NCBI RefSeq assembly: GCF_006345805.1
Contig: NC_043011.1
Location: 64,182,464-64,246,463 of the forward strand
Origin: Octopus sinensis
Taxonomy: Eukaryota
Reading direction: 5' to 3'
Length of the DNA stretch: 64,000 nt
Shown in pieces: positions 38,137 through 52,677 of this stretch. A program made the translations under genes and the position numbers. The notes beneath the pieces were generated by a model. The model was not told the DNA's origin. It saw only the letters and a program-made list of their open reading frames with translations, and did no database searches. Within the stretch, counting starts at the first letter, position 1. The number at the start of each line of letters is the position of its first letter.

Positions 38137-38400
38137 CCTATTTGAAAATGATTCCAGGCTTACCATCCCTACAGGAAGTGCAAAACATCGTATTAACTGG
38201 AACGGATCATGTACTGAGAAGAGCACTATCGCTGTGAAAACAACATTCATCCATGAATTTATTTCTTTATTAATTTTTAAAATACATATTTTATCTGTGA
38301 ATTTGCGCGTGTAATCTGGGAATGCATACAATGAGCTTCTCTGCCCTAGGTGTATGGAAAACACTCGGCGAGAAACGGAAGAAAATTTGAAGAAAGAAGG
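38135..38400 (+). mobile_element. 3'-end fragment of another R4/Dong-type LINE (family D)
   Basis: KMIPGLPSLQEVQNIVLTGTDHVLRRALSL* matches the C-terminal motif of family B (IPGIPKMAEIQKIVRMGTAHKLRKILS). Flanked by (TAA)n on both sides. Confidence 0.7.
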
Positions 38401-38401
38401 A

Positions 38402-38467
<66 letters not shown>

Positions 38468-38506
38468 TATAATAATAATAATAATAATAATTATAATATT
38501 AATAAT

Positions 38507-40612
38507 AACAGAATAGTGAACAGAAAGGATGTAAACGTGGATCCTATTGTTGTAAAGATCAACTACTCATCAACAACACAAAATCTTATCAATAGCCTGG
38601 ATAGACTATAAAGAGGCTTTTGATAGCCTACCACATAGCTGGATTAAGAAATGTCTAGCAATGTATAAGATAGCACCTATTCTGCGAAACTTTTTGACTG
38701 TAAGTATGAGATCATGGAGAACCACACTAACTTTGAACAGTGACGATGAATCTCTAAATGCTGGTGAGGAAAAACTTCATATCGCATTTTTCATGGCGAC
38801 ACACTATCACAACACCTTTTTGTTTAGCCTTAATACATCTTTCAAAATTGCTAGATGACGCACAATACGGATATAAAATGTTGGATAAAAATAAATATCC
38901 CCTTATTTACATGGATGATATGAAGCTCTTTGCAAAAAATGTCCAACAACTCAATGGCTTACTAACGATTGTTAAACAATTCAGCGATGACTTCAGAATA
39001 AAATTGGGCCACGAAAAATGTGCAAAAACTACATTTATCAAAGGGAAAATGACTGAAACATCTAACGTTAAACTTGACCAGTAGAATGCCATAAAAGAAT
39101 TAGACCCAGCGGAGAGCTACAAGTACCTGGGGGTATTTGAAGGGGACGGAATAAGGCATTCAATGATGAAGGAAGGATCAGGAGAGTATGTTATCGCAGA
39201 GTAAGAGCAATTCTCAAGACAGAGCTGAATGCGAGAAACAGGATCGAAGCGATCAATGCTTTAGCCATACCAGTCGTGACTTACAGTTTCAACATCGTTA
39301 ACTGGTCAATTACTGTAATATGTAATCTTGACAGAAAGATACGAAAACTGTTGACAATGCATAGAATGCACCACCGTGAGGCAGATATAGAACGACTTTA
39401 CCTGTCAAGAAAAGAGGGAGGCCGTGGACTTTTACAAATGGCAATAACAATGAAAAACTCTGAGATCTGGATGTTAAAAGAAGTCTCAAAACATGAAAAC
39501 AAGAAATCATCATACTTAGTAACAAAACATGTAAAGAGATATCTAAGCGTATTCTGAATACAACAAATATCGGAATTAGACACACAGGAAACAAGCAAAA
39601 AAAAACTAAGTCCATGATAAACCGTGCTAAAACTGCTGCCTCAGATATTGTGAATGATAAATTGCAAGAAAACCCTCTCAATGGCAAATGCCCAAAGAGA
39701 GTGAATAATGCCGATGTTGACAAAGCCCTGACCCATCAATGGTAATGGCCTCTGGTTTAAAACATGAAACAGAAACGTTTAACATAGCAGCTCAACATCA
39801 ATGCCTACCTACAAGGAACTACCAGGCCAACATATTAAAGAACGGCAGTAGACCAACATGTTGTGTACGTCAACAACAAAATGAAACCATTGATCATGTT
39901 GTCTCAAAGTGTAGTCTTCTAGTGCCTACAGAGTATCTCAACATGCATGATAGAGCTGCACAATATATTCACTGGATAATTTCAAAAATCCTGGACTTGT
40001 CCCATGATAAAATCTAGTGGGAACACAAAGCACACCCACTGATTGCAAATGTCCACATCTCAATTCTCTGGAACTTCACCATTCAAACTGACAGAAATAT
40101 CTACGCGAATAGGCCAGACATCATAGTAAAAGACTTCAGACAAAAACCTGCCTCCTCATTTATATGACTGTCCCAGTCGATATAAATGTATCTGTCAAGA
40201 CCTAAAAGAAACTGAGCAAATATGATGATCTGGAAATAGAAATCATCAAAATGTGGAACCTGAAGACTTAAACAATACCTTTTGTTATAGCTACCCTGGG
40301 AATGACAGCAAAAGAGGCTGATTGCCACCTAACTCATATACCAGGATTCCCCAAAATGGCAGAAATTCAAAAGATAGTGTTCATGGGAACAGCTCATACC
40401 CTACGCAAAATACTTTCTATGAAATCTCAAGTTTTAAAACAAACATAAATTTCGTATTAATTTTTAGGCATTCACTAGTACAACACTACGTACAAAACCA
40501 AATATATGGCACCCTAGTCATAACAGCAACATTAACTTCCAACTTGTTGCCTCTTGAAGTATCTGGGTGAGACTTGTAGCCAGCTTGTGCTAATGTAAAT
40601 CAAAAGTCAAAC
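38507..40612 (+). mobile_element. Decayed R4/Dong-type LINE, family B, copy 3
   Basis: Homologous to 1-1842 and 24070-25900, with (TAA)n on both sides. Confidence 0.88.
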
Positions 40613-40635
40613 ATAGAATAATAATAATAATGATA

Positions 40636-40679
<44 letters not shown>

Positions 40680-40683
40680 CAAC

Positions 40684-40724
<41 letters not shown>

Positions 40725-40726
40725 CA

Positions 40727-40763
<37 letters not shown>

Positions 40764-40943
40764 TAAGAAGAAGGAGAGGTAGTAGAATAAGAAGAAAAAG
40801 AAGAAGAAGAAGTAGAAGAAAAGATAAAGAAGAAGAAGAAGTTAAAAAAAGAAGAAAAAGAAGAAAATGAAGAAAAAGAATAAGAAGAAAAAGAAGAATA
40901 AGAATAATAATAATAATAATAATAAGAAGAAGAAGAAGAAGGA

Positions 40944-41011
<68 letters not shown>

Positions 41012-42369
41012 GAAGAAGAAGAAGAAGAAGAAGGAGAAGAAGAAGAAGAAGAAGAAGAAGAAGATGAAAAAGAAGAGGCAATAGTCTTTCTGAAATAATT
41101 AGGAATGTACAGAACTAGTGTGTCTTCAGTAATATTCGTAAATTTTGGTTTAGTATGAAATGAAAAAAAACAAAATAAGACCTAAATGCAGGTTCGTTGA
41201 TGTAATCTTTATTTATATATATCTCATTAAGTAACTTGTAACTGCAATAGAGAAGAGAAGCTCCATCATATCCTGTAAAGAAAAAATAATTACAGACGTT
41301 AATGAAACACATTTTTCGGTGAAAGTTTTGCTGAAAGTACATTAGATAAGTTGAAGAGTATGTGTCAAGATTTACCATTCTTGTTACACTTATAATTGAT
41401 TGTGCATTGCACTAATCTCGTTAGTTATTTTATAAAGATATTATTGTCGGACTAACATCCTCACTCGGTAAAGCCGGACATATTGCTTTCGGCATTTTGT
41501 CTGCAATTACCATTTGAATTCTAATTCCACAGTGGTCGTCATTGTGTTCCATCCCACTGGTGTCGATGAAATTAATTCCAATTGATCACTGGGGGTCGAG
41601 GTAATCCATATACTTCTCTTGCGAATTTGCCGTCCGAGTATCAAAATTTGAACTCAAGTAATTTAATGAACTTCTGTATTTAAATGCTGTTACAATTATA
41701 TAATGATATTTTACTATTACAAAAATAACTGTACATTATTTACGTTATTTATAATTGACGGATATTTGTCTTCATCTTCTCTGTTGTTAACACAACGTTT
41801 CGGGTGATGTACCCTCCAGCCTTCTTCATGTGTCTTGGGTACATTTTAAACACCGGGTTCTCATTCCTAAGGTATTTTTCGATGTTATTATTAACATCTT
41901 TTTTGTGAACAAAAAACAAGATGACGACGAATATCCGTCGAATTGTAAATAATGTATATACTGTACATAATTCCTTATCTCATTAATATAGAACTGAATT
42001 ATGACTGTGTTGTGTATTACTATATTATAACGTAATTCCTGCACTTGTGCGAAATTGAAAATAATCAGTTGGTAAATAACATTTTGAAAGTGCTTTACTG
42101 TGAATATTCCAATAATATTTCTTCATTCATATTTATTTGTCCCTGAAGATAGCTGTAGTATTCGTTAAGTGGATATATTGTAAAAGGTACTTCATGGTAT
42201 TACAAACGTCTATAGTTACTCGAATTCTACTTAAATATATTTTTCTGGAATTGTACATAAATATCGCAAAACTTGTTAATGTAGTATTTCGTTATTCGTA
42301 GTGACGATGATTTCCGGTGTTTTTGGGTCTTTAATTATTTATAATACAATGTTATTAGGTAGATATTAT

Positions 42370-42445
42370 TCAATCTCGGCGATGTAAGATGATATAATGT
42401 ACAGATTCTACGCACCTTTTTCTGGACAGTTCCAACACCACCATG
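42370..42445 (-). CDS. Candidate terminal exon 3C, copy 3: (R)[24 protein letters not shown]
   Basis: Acceptor cacttatatcacttgctttcag|C. Open frame with the Cys conserved. Confidence 0.28.
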
Positions 42446-42524
42446 CTGAAAGCAAGTGATATAAGTGTAAATATATACATATGAATATATATATATATAT
42501 ATATATGTGTATGTATAGATATAA

Positions 42525-42644
<120 letters not shown>

Positions 42645-44695
42645 GTGCACATTAGACATAAAAGCATGACAATCTTTTCTATATCTCTGTAAAAGTCTTA
42701 AATATATTCTTATTATGGCCAATTCTGGAAGAAAAAGTGACCATGCTTTTCATACATTAGACAAACCCGGTAATTTAAGAAAAGAGGAACTCCTTCTTCA
42801 TATGTTATGTGTGTTTTACTCTTTGTTTATTATTGTTGATTTTGCTAAGTCTTCAGATAAAATAACTATTTTCATCAAATGTTATTATATATCCGCACAT
42901 ATATTTCTACATAGAATTATCTGTATAAAAAACGTCTACTGGTCCTCTGTCCATTAATTAGACTCAAAGTGACCGAATGCAAGTATTCGAAGAACAGTGA
43001 AAAATGCAGCTACATTAAAGGCCGTAGTACATAAAACTTTTATTTATTATAAGTTTCTTTCCCAACGGAGGATGCTTTAGAACCAAAAATAGTATTTATT
43101 ATTAATTGTTATGTGCGAATTACTTAAAATTATATCAAACATAATACTCGAATTTGGACATGCCCTTAAAAAAATGGGCCCGCTTAGGATCCTGAATTAC
43201 GTCGACAGACTTGTGTACGTATTTCTGTTTCAACAGCCATCGCAAAAATCAAGTAATACGCTGCCGGTGCATAGATATCTCTTAAGTCGCATCATTCACT
43301 GGATTGCATCAGGTAATAAGAATCGTATTTCAAGTGACAAGAATTATAAACCAATTCCAACGTCGATTTGACGAGATACGAATTAAATTAGGAAATCTCA
43401 GACGTTCCATAAATATCGTTCCTTCTGTTCCTCCCTATGTTTACCATAGAAAGAGTTGGGTTTTATACAATAATTTAGGCATAAGTCTTCTATTACAGCA
43501 TCAGATACAAATAAAAGTCTACACGAGTAGCAAACGATAAAATAAGTCATCAAATTGAAATAGGTCAATATACTGAATTACAACATATTACTTTAGACAT
43601 CAAATTATAATTAATGTATGTAGCTTACATGACACGCTTTTCGAATGTATTCATCATAAAATTTGGCACAATCGTGACTTGTGTTATAAAAACACTTTGA
43701 ATCATTCTTAAGTATACTGCAAAATAATCAGAAATCAGGAATTATATCAGGAATTGAAGATGACGGCTGTAATAAGATTTTGAACACATTACATGAGTGA
43801 ACACTGCGTGTCACAGCTGGCAAGTTCACAGAATGCATTCGGGATCTGAACACAATTTGGAGGGTCACTAAAGAAAAGGGCTGGATTATACTGGGCGAAA
43901 ACGATGCAGAAACAAGTTAAAAGCTTCTGTCTTAACGATTATCTGTTTCATTCCTCCACACGATTCGATATAAAACAATTTCACCGAGAACCGCTTGATG
44001 AGATATGTTAATCATACCAACGGCATCATCTACAACCACTGGGTTTCATTTGGGGCTGATGTTCACGAAAGAGTAATCTGCACAGGTTTTATGTGTGTTC
44101 AGTGTGAGTCTTCTATGTTAGAGGCCAAAATATTTTCATCAGATTAATCCACCAATCCAGATATTTGAAGTCGTAACAAACTTCGTATCAGACGTGGGCA
44201 TGAAAACTGTACGTCGCCCTATTTGCAAATTAGATCCTGCACCCTATGACATTCAGTTTTTCCCAACATTGTGAATGAACAAGAGAAGTCGTTTGATGTA
44301 TTTTAAATTATAAAGGACACATAAAAAGGATCGTGATCACAGTCAATTTCGAGGGCACCCGTGGATCATTCACGCAGAGGCTGGAACGCAGAGGTTGGAA
44401 CGATGCAATTGGTGCAATGATGACTGACGAACATAATTTGGACGTTATTAAGAAACTTTAGAACTTCATTGAAATGAATGCATGTTTTTTTCTGCAATAA
44501 ACCTTGTAAATGATATCTGTGTTTCAATACATTTCAAAGATCTTGGATAAATATACTTTATTTCAAAATCGCAATTGAAAATTTTCTCTATGAAGAGCAA
44601 ATAAAATGTTTGCTACTATGCCTGTGTAATAAATATCTTTCTTTGGCGAAATTGGAATTAGTTTGGTCGTTTTAGCATAGACACTACACATCGGG

Positions 44696-44839
<144 letters not shown>

Positions 44840-44857
44840 AATATATATAATAGAAGG

Positions 44858-44908
44858 AGCTTCTACAGGACTAGAACTGTTTCATTCAAAAGAAATCATC
44901 AGGAAGCT
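44858..44908 (-). ncRNA. Type I hammerhead ribozyme fold at the left terminus of the Penelope palindrome
   Basis: AGCUUC-CUGAUGA-UUUC(UUUU)GAAU-GAAA-CAG(UUCUAGUC)CUG-UA^-GAAGCU. Perfect 6-bp stem I, intact core, 4-bp stem III, GUA cleavage triplet. Stem II closes with a U.U pair. Confidence 0.72.
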
Positions 44909-46285
44909 AGTAGACAAGAGTTGTTTTGGCATCTATACATTTAGGCAGGATTAAATGGGTGGTGATGGGGGACTTTTTTTGGGGTAGGCATGGCGCAAAA
45001 CTGTCATTATTAGGGGAGTGGTCAAAGGAATCGGTGGTAAAGTAGATAAAAGAATAAATAAAATAATAAAAAGAAAAATAGAGTTTTAGCTAAGAAATGA
45101 GACTCTCACTTGTACATCTACATATATATATATACATATATATACACCCACATATTCACATATATCTATACATATACATACATACCCACAGATACATACA
45201 TATATATATATATATACATACATACACATACATATACATATATATATATAGATATATATACATATATATACACAAACCCATGTACGTACACACAAATACA
45301 CATATACATACATATATATACATATATGTATACACACTCGCACATATATATACATACACACATATATACACATGCATATACATGCACACACATACACACG
45401 CATTTTTATTCTCTTATTTTAATTTTATTATAACTACTTTTGTTTATATCTTTATTTTTATCTTGACCTCGGTCAGCCGGTCTCAAGGAATGATCTAGAG
45501 ATTCCGTTTATCTATCTACTCACTGATACGAACGCAAGCACTCACTCACGCCCACACACTCACACGTACACACATACTCATACGCACACGCACGTGTTAT
45601 ATTCATACACGTATACATCTACATACATTCACGTACATTCACATACGTACACGTACCTACTGATTCATACCTACACGCATACACATACATACCTCAATAC
45701 ACCCACAGAAGACTAGTCCATACATATACACTAATTAATATATATACACATATACATATACACATACATACACATACATACATATATATACACATATACA
45801 TATATATATATACATATATATACATATACATATACATACACATATACATTCATACATATATACACATACACACATATATATATATATATATGCGTACACA
45901 TACACACACACACGCGCATCTATATATACACATAAGTACATACATGCATAAATGTATACATATGTCTATAGATATGCATACGTATCCATACACACACGCG
46001 CCTCCTTATGTTCATAAATACATACATGCATACAGGCATATACATATATACATACATGCATATTCAAATAATACTAATAATAATAATAATAATAATAATA
46101 ATAGTAATAATAATAAATATATTTACGTGCAGTTACCCATTATACAGAGGGATACATACATATAAACATACACATATATACCTATTTACACATATGTATA
46201 TATACATACATACATACACACATAACACTACATAACAACATATACATAAACACAGAAGCGTACACACACATATATATATATATAT

Positions 46286-46342
<57 letters not shown>

Positions 46343-46438
46343 CATATATACACACACATATACACACAAATATGCATATACATTTACACATACATATATA
46401 CACATACACATACACATACATATATATATATATATATG

Positions 46439-46472
<34 letters not shown>

Positions 46473-46849
46473 CACACAAGCACATACATGCATAAATGTA
46501 TACATATGTTTATACAAATGCATACACATACACACACTCACGCGCCTCCTTATATACATAAATACATACATGCATAGAAACGCATACTCATGTAATAAAT
46601 AATGAATAATAAATAATAATATATATACACATGCAGTTACCCTTTATACAGACGGAAACATACATATAAGCATACACGTATATACCTATCTACACATATG
46701 TATATATACATACATACACATACACATGTATATACACATACACATACATATACACGCACTCACATACATGCGTATATTCCTACTAACACCCATTCATTTC
46801 TATACATATATACAATACATATATATACAAGTGTACATATACAATCTGT

Positions 46850-47890
46850 GAATAGTCTTAGGAGGAAAGTTAATCGGGGGTGCTGGGGGAACGGTGGGAT
46901 TGGGGGGTTTTGTGGGTGGGGGGTCGTCAATCGGGTTGCCGGGTGGGTCTATAGTTCTTGTAGTTTGCATAAATTTTATGCATGCAATTTGGGGAGTGTT
47001 CTGAGATCTTGCTGAGGAGATGGCCTTTGGCGAACAAGATCTCTAGGCTCTCGGAAATGCAAAGGTGACAGCAGGTATGGCCTCCTGTGTACGAACGCGC
47101 CTTCTGTAGTAGTCTCCACTTGATCTTGAAGGGGATGGAGTTCCTTTTAAGGTACCAGATGTGGGCGGCGAGGGTAGTTTGGTTGGATTTATCAGGTCGC
47201 CGGAACGAGTGTGTGTGGGCGTACCAGCGTGTCTTAAAGCTGTTTGACGTCATTCCGATGTAAGATTTTCTTTTATCATCGGGGCCTGATCATACCTCGC
47301 ATGTATAGACGAGGTCCCTCTGTAGGCAGTTGTTGTTGAGGGGGAAGGTGGTTTTATCAGGGCAGTTGCAATTGCTATCGGATGTTGGATGGGCCTCGGA
47401 AAGAGTAGATATATTAAGTTTTTTCACTTTGTTGTTGGCTAGGTTCCTGGCTAGATTGGGCGTGGTAGAGTAGGAGAGTCTAATGGTGTTCTTATTTAGG
47501 ATAGTATAGTACTTATGTTGGGTGGGGAAGTGTTTCTGTAGGAGTGTGAAGAAGATTTTAGCTACAGGTGTAGCGACCTCACGGTTGAAGGTGGGGTTGT
47601 ACCAGCTAATGTGTCTTCGCCTATTTTTCCTGGGTTGGCGTGGGGCTATACTAGTATAGGTGATCTTATCTTTAAAGCCACTGCAGGCCAGGGCCTCGTT
47701 GTAATAGGGGGCTGCGGCATTAAAGATATGTTCAGTAGAGGACAGGCTAGATATTCTAATTGAGACACTTTTTACTAGGTTGTCTAATATATTTTTGGGG
47801 TGGTTGGAATTAATGTCTAAATATCTAAGGGATTCATTTGGTTTGTGGTACGGGTAATAAAGTGAGGTTATTAAGTCGAGGGTAACATGC
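46850..47890 (-). mobile_element. Penelope-like element, 3' part (left arm of palindrome)
   Basis: YLDINSNHPKNI, RRHISWYNPTF and the GIY-YIG motif VYTCEV..SYIGMT..FKTRWYAH, CHLCISE. Reverse complement of ~48640-49680. Confidence 0.9.
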
Positions 47891-49680
47891 TAGCGACTCG
47901 GCTGAAATAAGTGACCTTGTGGGCCTATTCATCCTCCATAGGCTGAAGACCCCATTCAGAGGCCTCTCCGGTGGTCTTTACCGCGATGATGGCCTTTTTG
48001 CCCTCCGCAAAATAAACCCCAGGACCACGGATGGGTTCCGGAAAAATCTTTACAGTTTTTTTAAAAACTTAGGCCTTAGGATTACCTTAGAATCCAACTT
48101 AACAAAGCTAACTTCCTAGACGTTACCCTCGACTTAAAAACTCACTTTATTACCCGTACCACAACCAATGAATCCCTTAGATATATAGACATTATTCCAA
48201 CCACCCCAAAAATATATTAGACAACCTAGTAAAAGTGTCTCAATTAGAATATCTAGCCTGTCCGCTACGAAGATATCTTCAATGCCGCAGCCCCCTATTA
48301 CAACGAGGCCCTGGCCCGCAGTGGCTTTAAAGNNNNNNNNNNNNNNNNNNNNNNNNNNNNNNNNNNNNNNNNNNNNNNNNNNNNNNNNNNNNNNNNNNNN
48401 NNNNNNNNNNNNNNNNNNNNNNNNNNNNNNNNAAGTGACCTTGTGGGCCTATTCATCCTCCATAGGCTGAAGACCCCATTCAGAGGCCTCTCCGGTGGCT
48501 TTACCGCGATGATGGCCTTTTGCCCTCCGCAAAATAAACCCCAGGACCACGGATGGGTCCGGAAAAAATCTTTACAGTTTTTTAAAAACTTAGGCCTTAG
48601 GATTACCTTAGAATCCAACTTAACCAAAGCTAATTCCTAGACGTTACCCTCGATTTAAAAACCTCACTTTATTACCGTACCACAAACCAAATGAATCCCT
48701 TAGATATAGACATTAATTCCAACCACCAAAAAAATAATTAAAACTAGTAAAAAGTGTCTCAATTAGAATATCTAGCCTGTCCGCTAATGAAGATATCTTC
48801 AATGCCGCAGCCCCCTATTACAACGAGGCCCTGGCCCGCAGTGGCTTTAAGATCAGATCACCTATACTAGTATAGCCCCACGCCAACCAGGAAAAATAGG
48901 CGAAGACACATTAGCTGGACAACCCCCCTTCAAACCGTGAGGTCGCTACACCTGTAGCTAAAATCTTCTTCACTCTCCTACAGAAACATTTCTCCACCCA
49001 ACATAGTACTATACTATCCTAAATAAGAACACCATTAGACTCTCCTACTCTACCCGCCCAATCTAGCCAGGAACCTAGCCAACAACAACGTGAAAAAACT
49101 TAATATATCTACTCTTTCCGAGGCCCATCCAACATCCGATAGCAATTGCAACTGCCCTGATAAAACCACCTTCCCCCTCAACAACAACTGCCTACAGAGG
49201 GACATCGTCTATACATGCGAGGTACGATCAGGCCCCGATGATAAAAGAAAATCGTACATCGGTATGACGTCAAACAGCTTTAAGACCCGCTGGTACGCCC
49301 ACACACACTCGTTCCGGCGACGTGATAAATCCAACTAAACTACCCTTACCGCCCACATCTGGTACCTTAAAAGGAACTCCATCCCCTTCAAGACCAAGTG
49401 GAGACTACTACAGAAGGCGCGTTCGTACACAGGAGGCCATACCTGCTGTCACCTTTGCATTTCCGAGAGCCTAGAGATCTTGTTCGCCAAAGGCCATCTC
49501 CTCAACAAGATCTCAGAACACTCCCCAAATTGCATGCATAAAATTTATGCAAATTACAAGAACTATAGACCCACCCGGCAACCCGATTGACGACACCCCA
49601 CCCACAAAACCCCCCAGCCCCACTGTTCCCCCAGCACCCCCGATTAACTTTCCTCCTAAGACTATTCACAGATTGTATAT
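47891..49680 (+). mobile_element. Penelope-like element, RT-to-GIY-YIG part (spacer and right arm), interrupted by an assembly gap
   Basis: AEISDLVGLFILH..GLYRDDGL, FLDVTLDL and YIGMTSNSFKTRWY. 47907-48332 is repeated after the 100-N gap. Confidence 0.9.
48333..48432. other. Assembly gap (100 N)
   Basis: Run of N, flanked by two versions of the same ~420 bp that differ by small indels. Confidence 0.99.
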
Positions 49681-49834
49681 GTACACTTGTATATATGTAT
49701 TGTATAATATGTACAGAAATGAAGGGTGTTAGTAGGAATATACGCATGTATGTGAGGGCGTGTTATATGTATGTGTATGTGTATGTACATGTGTATGTGT
49801 ATGTGTGTGGTTTTTTTTATATATATTTATATAT

Positions 49835-49881
<47 letters not shown>

Positions 49882-50252
49882 GTGTATGTATGTGTATGTG
49901 TATGTATGTGTATGTATATATATGTGTACGCTCGTGTGTTTATGTATATGTAAGTATGTAGAGTTATGTGTATGTGTATGTATGTATGTATATATACATA
50001 TGTGTAAGTAGGTATATACGTGTATGTTCATATGTATGTTTCCGTCTGTATAAAGGGTAACTGCATGTGTATATATATGAATAATATTATTATTCATTAT
50101 TTATTACATGAGTATGCGTTTCTATGCATGTATGTATTTATGTATATAAGGAGGCGCGTGAGTGTGTGTATGTGTATGCATTTGTATAAACATATGTATA
50201 CATTCATGCATGTATGTGCTTGTGTATATATATATATATATATAATATATAA

Positions 50253-51145
50253 TAAAAACTTAGATAAAACTTAGATATGTTTCGGCCAGAGATTGGTCCA
50301 GGCCATGTCCAACTTAATAGCACCACCTGATAGGATTATTCGAATCCTGTTTAAGTCAAGTTTTGTTCAAGTAGTGAGTTCTTGTGGGTGAGTTGTATCC
50401 TGTTTGTTCAAGTAGTGAGTTTTTGTGGGTGAGTTGTATCCATTATGGGTGGCTGTCTGGTATTCTTTGAAGGAACCTATCCAGACTCTGTTTGAAGTTG
50501 AGGGATCCTTTTCCTCTTTGATCTCGCTCGGGACAATGTTAAATAGGGCAGGGCCTGTTGAGGAAAAGAAAATTATGTTGCAGTGTACATGTATGTTGTG
50601 ATCTTGAATTGGGGGGGGACGTATGGCCCGTGGTCCAAGTCTCGGATGGAACATTGAAGCTAATGTTTAGGTCGTTTGGGCAAAGTTGGCGGTATATTTT
50701 CCACATCGTACAAATGATGTACCGCTCACGGCGACGCTGGAGGGAGTAAAGTTTCAAGGCTTTAAGGCGATCCCAATAGTCGAGAGCAGCCATGCCTTTA
50801 ATTTGTTTAGTGAGAGCCCTCTGGGGTGACTCAATTCTGGAGATGTTTTGTCTTGTGTGAGGAGACCACAGTGGGCAGCAGTATTCAAGGTATGGCCGTA
50901 CAAAGTATGAAAAAAGTGGTATGATGACACCTTGTTCTCTGGACCGGAAAGTTCTTAAGATCCAGGAACTCATCCTACGAGCTGTATCGACCTTCTTGTT
51001 GATGTGTGCACTCCAACTGAGATCGTCATCAACAATTACACCCAGGTCTCTGATATTGTTAGAGGCTGTGAGCGGTTCCCTGAAGGAAGAGAGTATGGTT
51101 GTTTAGTGAGGAATTTCTCCAAAATGCATCAGCTCAAATTTTCCC
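50253..51145 (-). mobile_element. 5'-truncated CR1-group LINE nested in the right arm of the palindrome
   Basis: RPYLEYCCPLWSPH and LKLYSLQRRRERY. The 3' UTR (ggtggtgctattaagtt..catggcctgg..ggccgaaac) resembles that of the 10950-14075 element, with a tail of ATCTAAGTTTT repeats. Absent from the left arm. Confidence 0.9.
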
Positions 51146-51303
51146 TCATTCAGTTGCATTTGTATATATACACATATATATATATGTATATATATATGTA
51201 TGTGTATGTGTATGTGTATATATGTATGGTAAATGTGTGTGTAAATGTATATGTATATATGTGTGTATATGTGTGTGTATATATGTATATATGTATATGT
51301 ATA

Positions 51304-51349
<46 letters not shown>

Positions 51350-51720
51350 ATATATATATATATGTGTGTACGCTTGTGTGTTATGTATATGTAGGTATGT
51401 AGAGTTATGTGTGTATGTATGTATGTATATATACATATGTGTAAATAGGTATATATGGGTATGTTATAGTGTGTATCCGCCGTCTGTATAATGGGTAATT
51501 GCACGTATATATATTTAATATATATTATTATTATTATTATTTGAGTATGCATGTATGTATATATGTATATGCTGTATGCATGTATGTATTTATGAACATA
51601 AGGAGGCGGTGTGTGTGGATGTGTAGGCATATGTATAGACATATGTATACATTCATGCATTATTGTACTTATGTGTATATATAGATGCGTGTGTCTGTGT
51701 GTATGTGTACGCATATATAT

Positions 51721-51756
<36 letters not shown>

Positions 51757-52626
51757 GATGTGTGATGTGTATATATGTATGAATGTATATGTGTATGTAT
51801 ATGTATATGTATATATATGTATATATATATGTATATGTGTATGTATATGTATGTATGTGTATGTATGTGTATATGTATATGTGTATATATATTAATTAGT
51901 GAATATATATGGACTAGTCTTCTGTGGATGTATTGAGGTATGTATGTGTATGCGTGTAGATATGAATCAGTAGGTACGTGTACGTATGTGAATATACGTG
52001 AATGTATGTAGATGTATGCGTGTATGAATATAACACGTGCGTCTGCGTATGAGTATGTGTGTACGTGTGAGTGTGTGGGCGTGAGTGAGTGCTTGCGTTC
52101 GTATCAGTGAGTAGATAGATAAACGGAATCTTTAGATCATTCCTTGAGACCGGCTGACCGTGATCAAGATAAAAATAAAGATATAAACAAAAGTAGTTAT
52201 AATAAAATTAAAATAAGAGAATAAAAATGCGTGTGTATGTGTGTGCATGTATATGAATGTGTATATATGTGTGTATATATGTATACATATGTATATATAT
52301 ATTATATATATGTATATGTATGTGTATGTATGTATATATATGTATGTATATGTGGGTATGTATGTATAGATATATGTGAATATGTGGGTGTATATATATG
52401 TTATATATATATATGTAGATGTTCAAGTGAGAGTCTCCTTACTTACCTAAAACTCTATTTTTCTTTTTATTTTTTATTTATTCTTTTATCTACTTTACCA
52501 CCGATTCCTTTGACCACTCCCCTAATAATGACAGTTTTGCGCCATGCCTACCCCCAAAAATGTCCCCCATTACCACCCATTTAAACCTGCCTAAATGTAT
52601 AAATGCCAAAACAACTCTTGTCTACT

Positions 52627-52677
52627 AGCCTCCTGATGATTTCTTTTGAATGAAACAGTTCTAGTCCTGTAGAAGCT
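52627..52677 (+). ncRNA. Type I hammerhead ribozyme fold at the right terminus of the palindrome
   Basis: Same fold with one stem I mismatch (AGCCUC/GAAGCU). Predicted cleavage after 52671. Confidence 0.65.
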
